From Azolla caroliniana (lineage: Eukaryota > Plantae > Polypodiophyta): DNA of 64,000 bases. Shown one piece after another: positions 39,033 through 51,409 of this stretch (position 1 is the stretch's first letter; each line of letters opens with the position of its first letter). The stretch lies in assembly GCA_043228905.1 (NCBI GenBank), contig JBHGNT010000017.1:5332001-5396000 (forward strand). Reading direction: 5' to 3'. Under the pieces are notes generated by a model. It did not search any database, was not told the DNA's origin, and saw only the letters and a list, made by a program, of their open reading frames with translations. Made by a program: the position numbers and the translations under genes.

Positions 39033-42000
39033 TGTGTACCTTGTTCATTCTCATACACAGGTCCTTCAACATCACAGATGTTGTTTGTTCTTCCGCACTG
39101 ACGACCTTGTCCCCAACATTTGGTATCAGAGTGTTGGAAGTTCTTCAACCCGCTGCCGGCCGTCATAGTACACCACACAACATTCTGTTTCTGTTTTTCT
39201 TGAAGAACAGAGAAGAGAGAAGACAAACAAGAAGTCTGCATCTCACTGTGTTAAATCACTAATTGGAGTAAGCTAGCCGGCTGTACTCTGTTCCTGTGAT
39301 TGTAACCACTTGAGGTGAGCTCCTTGTGCAACACCCGACCCAATCGTGCTTCATTTGGTTAAACAACATCCGAATAGGTCACCGAACGCTATTCACCCGC
39401 TTGTTGTAACCACCCGCTGTAGATTGGTCTCCAGGAAACAACCAAATTTGTGCTTCATTTGGCTGATCAACATTCGGGAGGATCAGTTGGATCCATCCCT
39501 CTCATCGCTGCAGTCATCCGAAGCAGAATCGGCCTAAACAATCAGTTTCTTGTGATCGGTATTCAGCATACAATCGGAAGCTAATCGGAGTCACTCCAAG
39601 AAGGTTCAACAAACAAGTATCCGAAATCAAACCGACTCGGGTTCAAGACTGACTAGAACGATATCCGGTGAGCCGACCGACTGCACCCCACTAAGGTTCC
39701 TAGTAAACTCCGAACAGAGTCTTACCAACCGAAACCGAATCAGATGACATCAACATCCGGCTCATCGGAGATGAGTCTAAGGAGGTTCGACGGTTTGAAC
39801 TTCAACTTCTGGAAGGAACAAATGCAAGACTATCTCATAGTCAAGGGTCAGATAGACCTGATTGAGAATGAAAATCCTCTAGAAGCATACAAGGCAAACG
39901 AGTGGCTAAAGCTAGACAGAATCGTCCGCGCCACGATTCGAATGCACTTGTCAGAGTCCGTGTACTTCATAGTGCAATCATGCTTGACAACTTTTGAACT
40001 TTGGAAAACGCTGTCGGAAACTTATGAAAAGAAGGTCGCCGCAACGAAGATGTATCTGATCCGGCGCCTCTACAACTTGTGGATGAAAGAATTTGATTCG
40101 GTTTAGGCACAACCCAATGAGTACGAAAGCCTAAGCTCCCAAATATCGTCTCAGGGGACGGCAATAGAGGATGAACTCAGAGCAATGATACTAATGAGTA
40201 GCCTCCCCTCTTCCTGGGAAACTTTCGTCACAACCGTGTGCAATGCTTCAACAACTGCCATTAAGTACTCCGAAATCATGAGCGCAATACTGACTGAAGC
40301 AACTCAGAGAAAGTTTGTCGCCAAAGACTCGGCAGATGAAGCTTACGTAGTACAAGGTTCGATTGACCGATTGAACAACAGAGGAAGAAGTTCTTCCTGA
40401 CCGCCGAATAATCAGCGAAGCCGGAGCAAGTCCTGGGACAACTGAATCTACAACTACTACAAGAAACCGGGACACATCAAAGCTGACTGCCGGGCACTCA
40501 AAGCAAAAACCGACAAAGCTCAGAGAGCGGATCAGAAGAGTAGCCAGCATGAGGAGGTCAACTACGTCGGCTCTTTAGCCAAAATTTTGACGACCGACCC
40601 AAACATACTGTCCATAGAGAACCCAGTCGAATCAGAAGTTTTGCTTACGACTGAGGAATCGAGCACATGGCTCCTGGACTCGGGCGTATCGTATCATGTG
40701 ACACCTCATCTATCTCAGTTTCGGCAATACTCGAACCGGCACTCCGACTCAATTCGAGTCGGGAACTCGCAACACTGTGCCATAATCGGAATCGGCACTC
40801 GTACTACACAATGTCCGACATGTTCCTGAGCTTTCAAGACCCTTGATCTCAGTCGGACAACTTGACGAAGCCGGCATCTGTGCTGGGTTCTCATCAGGAG
40901 GGTGGACACTCCACAAAGGGAACCTCCTACTTGCTCGAGGACCAAAGGTACACTCACTGTACCCTTTATATGTCACACTCAAAGAGGGTGATTTATTTCT
41001 GGTTGATATCCCCGTGTCATCGTTGTGGCACAGACGACTTGGATACCTCAGCAAGGCCGCCATAACACACCTATCCAGAGCCGGTTACATCCCCAAGCTC
41101 TCCTTCTTGGATCACCAGTTCTGTGAGCATTGCAAGTATGACAAACAGGTAGCCGCATCACACCCAACATCAGCACCAAGAGAATCGAGTCCCCTTGATT
41201 TGATCCACTCGAACGTCTATGGCCCGATGCCACATCAGTCTCTTGGCGGTGCTTCGTACTTCGTCAGTTTTATTGACGACTCGACTCGGAAGGTGTGGGC
41301 TTACCCCATTAGAACTAAAGATCGAGTGGTCTCGATCTTCTCCAAATGGCTTGCAATGGTCGAAAACTAGACCGGTCGGAAACTAAAATGTCTCCGAACT
41401 GATAATGGAGGAGAATTAAGTCTGACGAATTCGTCAAATTTTGCCAGGAACGCGGCATTCGACGTGAATATACGACACCCTATAGTCCGGAGTAGAACGC
41501 AATTGTTGAAAGCATGAATCAGACGATTCAAGAACGCATAGTATCCATGCTCCAACACTCCCGACTGTCGGATGGCTTCTGGGTGGAGGCTCTACTTACG
41601 GTAGTACACATAATAAATGTCTCGCCAAGTAGACCTCTAGGACTTAAAATACGTCAGGAAACATGGAAGCCGAATTATGACAAGCTGAGGATCTTTGGTT
41701 GCGAGGCGTATGCCCTCATACCCAAAGAAGACCGCCAGAAACTCGAACCAAGATCAAGGAAATGCGTTTTCCTTGGATATGGACCCGATGGCAAGATCGG
41801 ATACCGACTCTAGGACCCCAAGCACAGACAAATCGTCCGAAGTTCGGACGTCGTGTTCAACGAGTCGGCTATGCATAAAACGGCTAAAAGGCCTATTGAA
41901 GTCCGACGGGTAATATTTTCCGAAGTGCCAACCCTTCATGAAGGCCCAACCCACAACATGAGATCGGTTTCACGGGTAACCGACACCTCCCGTCCTGAAT

Positions 42001-44098
42001 CCACCGATTCAACACAACCGAATGGCTCGACTTCCGACCATCTGACACCTATACCCGGTGCGACCAGTCCAGTCATACCTCGAAGATCCGAGAGATTGTC
42101 GCAACCTCCGAAAAGTTACTCTCCCGGAATTTTCTTCACCGACGCCGGCGAACTGACGTCTTACGAAGAAGCATCGGCATCTGCCGACTCAACCACCTGG
42201 CATCTGGCGATGGAGTTGGAAATGCACTCCATTCACGCAAACAAGACTTGGGACTTGGTCGAATTACCGAAGAATCGACGTGCTCTTCCGTGTAAGTGGG
42301 TCTATCGACTAAAACAGACGTCTGACTCGACCAACCCAAAGTACAAGCCCAGATTGGTTGCGAAGGGATTTCGACAAGAATATGGCGTCGAGTTTGACAA
42401 AATCTTTTCACTAGTGGTGAAAATGACAACCCTTCATTTCATGCTCGGCGTCGTGGCCGCCAACAACTTGGAGCTGATTCAGTTAGATCTAAAAATGACA
42501 TTCCTCCACGGTGACCTATAGGAGGAAATCAATATGGAGCAGCCGCCAGGAACATCTAGTCTGCCGACTTAGGAAGAGTTTATACGACCTGAAACATGCA
42601 CCCCGATAGTGGTACAAGAAGTTCGACGACTTCATCTAGTCGGTCGGCTTCTCCAAGAGCGATGAGGACCACTGTCTCTTCACCAAAACAACTCAAGACG
42701 GGTCTCCCGTCTTCCTCATCATTTACGTGGACGACATGCTACTCTTCGGCCGACATGCCGGAGAGCTTGCTGAACTCGTTCGGAAACTGCAGTTGAAGTT
42801 TGCCATGAAGGACCTCGGTCCGGCAAGACACATACTTGGTATGAAGATTAGTCGGCATCGCAATAAACGACAACTCTTCTTGTCTCAAACCAACTACATC
42901 GGACGTGTCTTGGAACGCTTCAACATGCACTCGGCCAAGTCTGCTTCGACCCCACTCCCCATTAACCTTCGGCTGTCTCAGCGAGACTGCCTGACATCCA
43001 GTCCGGAGGGGGAAGATATGAAGTCGGTACCGTATGCACTGGCAGTCGGCTCCCTTATGTACCCAATGGTCATGACACGGCCTGATATTTCTCACGCCAT
43101 AGGAGTTGTCAACAGATTCATGCACAACCCAGGCCGATCGCACTCGAACGCAGTCAAGCATGTGTTCAGATATCTAGCTGTCACAAAAGACCACGACATT
43201 CTCTTTGGCCCGAACTCAACCTCAGGCGTAGTCGGTTACACCGACTCGGACTTCGCCGGCTGCGTGGACAATCGGAAATCAACAACCAGATATTGCTTCA
43301 AATTTGGCAATGGAGCAATCTCGTGGAAGTCGAAACTTCAGGAGTGCACAGCCACCTCAACGACCGAAGCGGAATATGTAGTTGCGTCCGACGCGGCAAA
43401 AGAAGCTTTATGGCTCGGTCAGCTAGCGCACACATTTTGACAAGTCGACCTCGACTCGGCTCCAGTTGTCTACAACGACAGTCAGGGTGTTGTTGCTTTG
43501 TCAAAAAATCTAGTTCACCACAACACCTCCAAGCATATCGATGTTCGATATCACTTTGTTCGGGACTACGTCATTTCAGGGAAAATCGGTCTTGAGAAGA
43601 TATCCACAACCGATAATGTCGCAGATGGAATGACCAAGTGTCTTCCGGCGGATCGCTTTCGGTCCCTTCGGCACCAGATGGGCGTAACGAAAAATCGGTC
43701 CGGTTAAAGTCGGACACACAACACAGGATGGTTTCAGACAACCGACATCGTTTCTTTGAGGATCGGCTTCAGCTCTTCTGATCCGACTGGTTCGGTCTTT
43801 TGTCTTCAGATCTTGCCGACTCAAAACAAAACCGATTTGTTCGATAAACCTTGTATATAGCTGTAATTTTAGATAACCCATGTATACGCCCATTACGGGG
43901 GAGTGTCGAATACAAGTGTATAATGGCCGTATTCACACTGTCCCTTTGGACAACCCAAGTTTGGGCCATTTTTGTAAATAGCATAAAGGGCAGTTGCCCT
44001 AGGATAGTCACTATATAAAGTGACTTTGTAACCCTTAGTAAAAGGGTTGGTTGTCATTTGTAACTGTTGCTATTAAGAAATAAAACGTTTCTTTGTGC

Positions 44099-44143
<45 letters not shown>

Positions 44144-44229
44144 TGTGTACCTTGTTCATTCTCATACACAGGTCCTTCAACATCACAGATGTTGTTTGTT
44201 CTTCCGCACTGACGACCTTGTCCCCAACA
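38803..44229 (+). mobile_element. Full-length but inactivated Ty1/copia retrotransposon; LTRs 38803-39118 and 43904-44229
   Basis: TGTCG..CAACA LTRs differing by ~6 substitutions plus (CT)n length. TSD CTGAT on both sides. PBS TGGTATCAGAG 39121-39131 and PPT ~43897-43903. gag from 39744, protease WLLDSG, integrase FIDDSTRKVW, RT YVDD and RNase H to 43707, broken by many stops and frameshifts. Confidence 0.97.
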
Positions 44230-44305
44230 CTGATGATTAGATAAATACCCCATTTTGTTGTAAACCAATTGTCTCATGGGCCAATTTTGGCCTTAGAAGA
44301 CGTTA

Positions 44306-44337
<32 letters not shown>

Positions 44338-46053
44338 TTGATAAAAGCACACAATTATATTAATTGTATGTAAAATCCACTTAGTTACAACACTTCTTAG
44401 TCTCCTCTACCTATCATATGCCTATGTAGGGAGAGGGATGTTCTGTAATGCTACTAAAAAACCTGAATATGCATTTGAGGAAATGATCCCCACATGCTCT
44501 AACATCCAAAAATTCCACATGAGAATACCTTTAAGCTTCTTTATATAGGATTTCACCCCATGTCTATTATCAAACATGAAAGCATAACACATATTCCAAT
44601 TGTGTTGTAGACCCCAATAACGTAAAAATTGGAACAATATCTCCATCTCATCATTTGATCCATTTTCAACATATTGAGAAAAAACCCATTGTTGTGGTCT
44701 CAAACAACAACGGGTTAAAACTTGCCAAATGTCCGATAAGTACTTTCAAATGGTACATGCTATAGGACATGTAATGAACCTATGTGTACTATCCTCCAAT
44801 GGAACGATGCAAAAGAAACAAGTGCCAGACCCTAGTCCTCGTCTCTTTAAGGCCGAACCTAATGGGAGCCCACCAATCATGACTCTCCATATGAATACCT
44901 TTGCACGATATGATAGATGGGAATGCCAACCACGTTGTAATATTTTCCACCACCTTGGATCTGACTTATATACATTCCACAACTTCGTTGCTTTAGGAGA
45001 TAGCCAAGATAATGATGCCATCACATGATGATACAATATATTTGTAGTGACCTGTAACAAGTGTGTACCATCTTGTAACCATCAATCTACCCAAGGTGCA
45101 AAATTGGTTTTCAATGTCAAAGATCCATGCAACAATGGTATATCATGTAATTTCTCCCAAATAAATCCATAATTTGGGGGAATACATAACCATCTCTTGG
45201 CATCTTCAAAATCCGACAACCTTGAGATTCATTATCAACCACATCTTCCAAATGTACAATCTCCAATCGAAATAAACAATTGAATTGAGATCTCAACTTC
45301 TCTTTCCCATGCCAAAACAACACTTGAGAAGAAACAAGAAATTCGTTTTGTAATGAATTACAATATTCTCTATCACTTGATGGTCCCCATTCAAAAAGAG
45401 ATAATGCATCTGGCCACGATCTTACCAAATGTTGTCCACATATAGAATGTCGAATCTTTAGAGGAATGCTTCCATTCAGTAGTGACCACCTTAATGCTTG
45501 AATCTTTGTTTTCCCATGCACTAATCCTTCATGCTCAATAAAATATTGCATCATAGATATCCATGGTTGATCTTGTTGACATATATCTCGTAATAATGTA
45601 AATCTACGAACCATCAAATGCCTTTCCAAATCCAATATTGTTGCACCACCTAACCTTTTAGGAGTAGCCAAATGGTCCCATGAAATCCATGTAACTCCCA
45701 TCATTTCTCCCTTCCGCCACAACATGAACCAAATAGGTTGTAACATGCTTTGTAATGCCTTCTTAGTCCAAGGAAGTAAAGGCAAACAATATAATAATAT
45801 GGGTATCAAGATACATTGCACCACTTTGAGTCGTACATGAAAGGGCCATAATTGAGACTTCCAATACATAAATTTGTCCCACAATTTACTACCAATCCAA
45901 TAAATCAATTGAACATTTGTAACATAAATGCCCAATGGATAACCCAAATGTCGATAAATTGAACCTCGTGTAATCACTAACCCTCACCATCCCAAACATT
46001 CCAAATCACTCTCCCTATAAGAAATAAGGCGAGACTTCCTCCAATTTATATAC

Positions 46054-49000
46054 TGTTGGGATTACGGTCCCTCCGGATGGGATGTCCGGAGATGAATGAC
46101 GGCAAGCCCGGAGGCTGTTACGGAACCGTATGATCAAGAGTACCCGGCTACGGATCCGGATGATGACGACCCCGGTTACGGAGCCGGATGCTGAAGACCC
46201 CGGTTACGGAGCCGGATGACCTATGTACCCGGAGAGAGATCCGGATGCGGGGACATATTTGTAAATATGTTTGCCAAGGGCCCTTGAGGCTATATTTGTA
46301 AATAGCCCGAAAGTCATATGTGTATAAATATGACTTAGGGCAAACAGTTTGTTTGTTGTTACTCATTTTTTCTGTTTTCACTTAGAGAGAGTGAAGAGAG
46401 CAGCCGAGAGAGAGAGAGAGGAACGAAGAGGTCGACGCCTCTGTGTAATACCGCCGCCTGTGGCGAGGACAGCGAGCTCAAGGTCGTCGCCTTGCAGCTC
46501 GCCATTGTACATTCCCCGCGTATAGTGATAGTTGGAGTCTTGCACTCCCGTGGTTTTTCCCATTTAGGGTTTTCCACGTAAAACATCCAGTGTACCCTTC
46601 TCTCTATTGTTTTCGTGCATTCTTATATTTCCCGTTTTCTGAGAATCGATCCTGTTCCTCGGTTGTGGCCGAGCACGGAATTTCAACAAGTGGTATCAGA
46701 GCGACGGTAACACAGAAAATGGAAGGCGGCAGCAGCGGGCAGCCGGGGATGATGGTGCTGAATGCGCAGAATTACGCCGACTGGAAGATCAAGATGGAGG
46801 ATCTTCTGATTGTTCGGGACCTGTACGAACCGATTGACAGGTCGGAAATACCGAAGGGGGTACTTGAGTCGGAATGGAGGCTTCTGAACCGGAAAGCCGT
46901 TGCAACCATTCGGCAATACGTCGACGTGAGTGTTCTGCAACATGTGGCGAACGACATCAACGCATATGAGATGTGGCGGAAGCTGTCGGGCCTCTACGAG
47001 AGGAAGAATGCGTTGAACCGGACCTCCCTGATGAGGAAGATAGTGAACCTCAAGTACCGGGACGGCGAGAGTATGGTGGAACACGTAAGCACGTTCATGG
47101 GATTCGTGAACCAGCTTGCGGCGATCAAGTTCCCGTTGGAGGATGCAATGCAAGCCATCATCCTGATGTGTACATTGCCGGACAGCTGGGAGAACTTGGT
47201 GGTGACTCTCAGCACCTCCTGCACGGAAGATAACTTGTCCCTACAAACGGTAAAGACAAGTATTTTGAACGAAGAAGCGCGTCGGAGAGATAAAGAACCG
47301 GCCTCCGACTCGAAGGCGCTGCTTACCGAATCGGAACGGGGAAGACAATGGAACTGAAGTCCGCAAAGACGGGAGAAGTCGGGGACCCGGTCGCAGTCAA
47401 GAGGAAGACCCACATGCTTCCACTGTGGGAAGCCGGGGCACTTCCGGAAGAATTGTCGGCATTACCGAAAGGACAACGGAGCTGACGACACCGATTCGAA
47501 GAAGTCACCGGAGCGAAACGGTGCATACCGGGGAGCCACGGACCGGAGAGGTCCGGATCGGCGAGGGCAGGACCGGAAAGGAACGACGGCACTCGCGGCA
47601 AGTGAAGAAGAGATAATGCTCATTACCGAAGAGAGGGAGCTGAACCTTGCCGGTGAAGAGATGACCTGGGTGGTCGATTCCGGAGCGTCGTTCCACCTGA
47701 CCCCGGAGAAGAAATACTTCTCATCCTACACAGCCGGTGAGCACGGCTGTGTCCGGATGGGAAATGAAGGTACATGCCGGATTGCCGGCATAGGAGACGT
47801 GTGGCTGATGACATCAACCGGATGCAAGATGCTGCTGAAGGATGTTCGACATGTTCCGGAGGTTCGATTGAACCTGATTTCGGCCGGGAGGCTAGACGAT
47901 GAAGGCTACACGGGTAGCATCCGGAACGGTGTCATGAAGTTCAGCAAAGGGAGCCTGATAGTGGCTCGGGCCCGGAAGGTCAACACACTGTACCTGATGA
48001 ATTCCCGGCTATGTCCGGAGGAGCTGAACGTGGCAGCTGACACTGCCGGTGAGCTATGGCACAAGAGACTGTGCCACATGAGCGAGAAGGGGATGAAGAG
48101 ACTTGCCGAAGATAACCTGATACCGGTAAAACACGTACACTTGGGGAAGTGTACCGACTGTTTGGCCGGTAAGCAGAACCGAACCTCCTTCCACTCAAGG
48201 CCACCGACGAGACGTAGCGCACCATTGGAGTTGGTGCACACTGACGTGTGTCAAGTAGAAACGAAGTCACATGGCGGAGCCTAGTACTTCGTGACATTCA
48301 TTGATGACCATAGCCGGAAGCTGTGGACGGCACCGTTGAAGACAAAGGACCAAGTATTGTCCGTCTTCAAAGAACTCCACGCGAGAGTGGAAAGGGAATC
48401 CGGCAAGAAGCTGAAAGCGATACGAGCGGATAACGGAGGGGAATACCGGGGGCAGTTCGAGGAGTACTGTCGCTCGAAGGGAATCCGGCTCGAGTTTACT
48501 GTGCCAAAGACGCCGGAACTGAACGGGCTGGCCGAGAGGATGAACCGGACCATAATGGAGAGGGTCCGGAGTATGCTGGCGCATGCGAAATTACCCAAGG
48601 GGTTTTGGGCTGAGGCAATGTCGACGGCGGCATACGTGATAAACAGATCACCCTCAGTACCTTTGGACGGAGACACGCCGCAGAGAGTGTGGACCGGTAG
48701 GGAAGTATCCTACCGGCATCTGAAGGTGTTCGGGTGTCTCGCATATGTGCATGTGGCAAAGGACCGGAGAGGAAAGCTAGATCCAAAGACCCGGCCATGC
48801 ATATTCCTCGGTTACGGTGACGACGAGTTCGGCTACCGAGTATGGGACCCGGTCGACAAGAAGATATTCAGGAGTCGTGATATCATCTTCATGGAGGACA
48901 AGACACTCGCCGACTGGGAGTCGGAGAAGAAGATGAAGAGCTCCAAGTCGACCGGTGAGGATCAACTCTACGAGGAGCAGTCCCGACCGGCAAGGGACCG

Positions 49001-51409
49001 GTTAGCACTCGAGGATCCGGCCGAAGACGGTGAAGAAATAGAACCGGCCGAGGAAGATGAAACTGATACCGGAACCGGCCCCGATCCCGAAATGGATTCG
49101 GATGAAGAGGAAACGGAGGAGCCGGTTACCGAAGCTCCGGAACGGAGATATCCTCTAAGAGAGAGAAGGGCCCCCCGGAGATTTCCGGAACCAGAGCACG
49201 TGCTGCTAACCGACGAGGGGGAGCCGGAGAGTTTTGAAGAAGCAAAGCTTGACACCCATAGCCGCAGGTGGTTAAGTGCCATGCAGGAGGAGATGGATTC
49301 CCTGCATGAGAACCACACATATGAACTTGTGGAGTTGCCGAAAGGAAAGCGGGCACTTCGAAACAAGTGGGTGTTCAAGCTGAAACCGGGAGAGGCCGGA
49401 AACCCCCCGAGATACAAAGCCAGGATCGTGGTGAAGGGGTTCCAGCAGAAGAAGGGCGTCGACTTCGACGAGATATTTGCCCCGGTAGTGAAGATGACCT
49501 CCATCCGGACGGTGCTGAGCATAGCGGCAAGTATGGACCTCGAGGTAGAACAGATGGACGTGAAGACGGCATTCCTTCACGGTGACCTCGAAGAAGAGAT
49601 CTACATGCAGCAACCGAAAGGATTCGAGAAGAAAGGGAAGGAGCACCTGGTATGCCGGTTGAAGAAGAGCCTTACCGGACTGAAGCAGGCTCCCCGGCAA
49701 TGGTACCGGAAGTTCGACTCTTTCATGACCGACGAAGGGTACCACAAAACGCAGTCCGATCACTGCGTGTTTGTGAAGAAGTTCGAAGGAGGAGACTCTC
49801 TAATACTCCTCTTGTACGTGGACGACATGTTAATCGTCGGACGGGACCAGGTCAAGATACAGACGCTGAAGAAAGCGCTTCACCGAACCTTCTCAATGAA
49901 GGACCTGGGTCCGGCGAGGCAAATACTAGGGATGCACATCATCCAGGACCGGAAGAAGAAGCAGTTGTGGCTGTCACAGGAGAAGTACGTGACAAAGGTG
50001 CTTCACCGATTCAACATGTCGGAAGCAAGACCGGTCGGGTCAACCCTCCCGGCAAACTGCAAGTTGTCCAGCAAGCAAAGCCCCAAGACAAAGGCTGAGA
50101 AGGAGGACATGATGAAAGTACCATATGCCTCTGCCGTCGGAAGCTTGATGTACGCAATGGTGTGTACAAGACCGGACATAGGATATGCAGTTGGAGTGGT
50201 GAGCCGGTACATGAGCAATCCCGGCAAAGAGCACTGGAACGTGATCAAGTGGATACTCCGATACCTGAAGGGCACGGCAAATGTGTGCCTCCGATTCGGC
50301 TCCGGTAAGCCCGAACTCGACGGCTTTACCGATTCGGATATGTCGGCTGATGCAGATACCAGCCGGTCCACATCAGGGTATGTGATGACGTATGCAGGTG
50401 GAGCTGTTTCGTGGCAGTCGAGGCTGCAGAAGACGGTTGCGCTGTCAACCACGAAGGCGGAGTACATGGCGACTGTTGAAGCCGGCAAGGAAATAATATG
50501 GATGAAGGACTTCATTAGAGAGCTCGGTATCCGGCAGGAGGAGTACCGACTCTACTGCGATAGTCAGAGTGCCATCCACCTTGCGAAGAACGCGGCCTAC
50601 CATTCCCGGACGAAACACATCCAGCGTAGATACCACTGGATCCGGGAAAGGATAGAAGACAAGGAGTTCGTGCTGACGAAGATCCACACGGACGAGAACG
50701 GGTCGGATATGCTGACCAAGGTGCTCACACCCGACAAGCTGGAAGCATGCCGGAAGAGGATCGGGTTGGAGAGACATCCCATGCCGAAGTGAAGGGGGAG
50801 TTTGTTGGGATTACGGTCCCTCCGGATGGGATGTCCGGAGATGAATGATGGCAAGCCCGGAGGCTGTTACGGAACCGTATGATCAAGAGTACCCGGCTAC
50901 GGATCCGGATGATGACGACCCTGGTTACGGAGCCGGATGACCTATGTACCCGGAGAGAGATCCGGATGCGGGGACATATTTGTAAATATGTTTGCCAAGG
51001 GCCCTTGAGGCTATATTTGTAAATAGCCCGAAAGTCATATGTGTATAAATATGACTTAGGGCAAACAGTTTGTTTGTTGTTACTCATTTTTTCTGTTTTC
51101 ACTTAGAGAGAGTGAAGAGAGCAGCCGAGAGAGAGAGAGAGGAACGAAGAGGTCGACGCCTCTGTGTAATACCGCCGCCTGTGGCGAGGACAGCGAGCTC
51201 AAGGTCGTCGCCTTGCAGCTCGCCATTGTACATTCCCCGCGTATAGTGATAGTTGGAGTCTTCCACTCCCGTGGTTTTTCCCATTTAGGGTTTTCCACGT
51301 AAAACATCCAGTGTACCCTTCTCTCTATTGTTTTCGTGCATTCTTATATTTCCCGTTTTCTGAGAATCGATCCTGTTCCTCGGTTGTGGCCGAGCACGGA
51401 ATTTCAACA
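46054..51409 (+). mobile_element. Young, near-intact Ty1/copia retrotransposon; LTRs 46054-46688 and 50803-51409
   Basis: TGTTG..CAACA LTRs, TSD TATAC (46049-53 and 51410-14), PBS TGGTATCAGAGC 46691-46702, PPT GAAGGGGGAG 50791-50800. The LTRs differ by about 3 substitutions and one 28-bp repeat unit. Confidence 0.98.
46719..50792 (+). pseudogene. Copia Gag-Pol polyprotein (1357 codons, single frame) with two in-frame nonsense codons
   Basis: ORFs 46590-47357, 47616-48284 and 48291-50792 share one frame. Stops are TGA 47355-57 and TAG 48282-84. Domains: gag, CFHCGKPGHFRKNC knuckle, WVVDSGASFH protease, integrase (FIDD, RADNGGEY, NGLAERMN), RT (YVDD), RNase H. Confidence 0.95.

Noticed and set aside
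39121-39131. tRNA-like sequence TGGTATCAGAG(C), also at 1352, 46691 and 58364
   Set aside because: These are primer-binding sites complementary to the tRNA-iMet 3' end, not tRNA genes.
47355-48284. Programmed stop-codon readthrough between gag and pol
   Set aside because: The TGA precedes the zinc knuckle and the TAG is inside integrase. Both are single C>T changes, so nonsense mutations are the simpler explanation.
46683-50854. Numerous antisense and alternate-frame ORFs over copia pol
   Set aside because: Expected shadow ORFs in GC-rich coding DNA, with no independent motifs.
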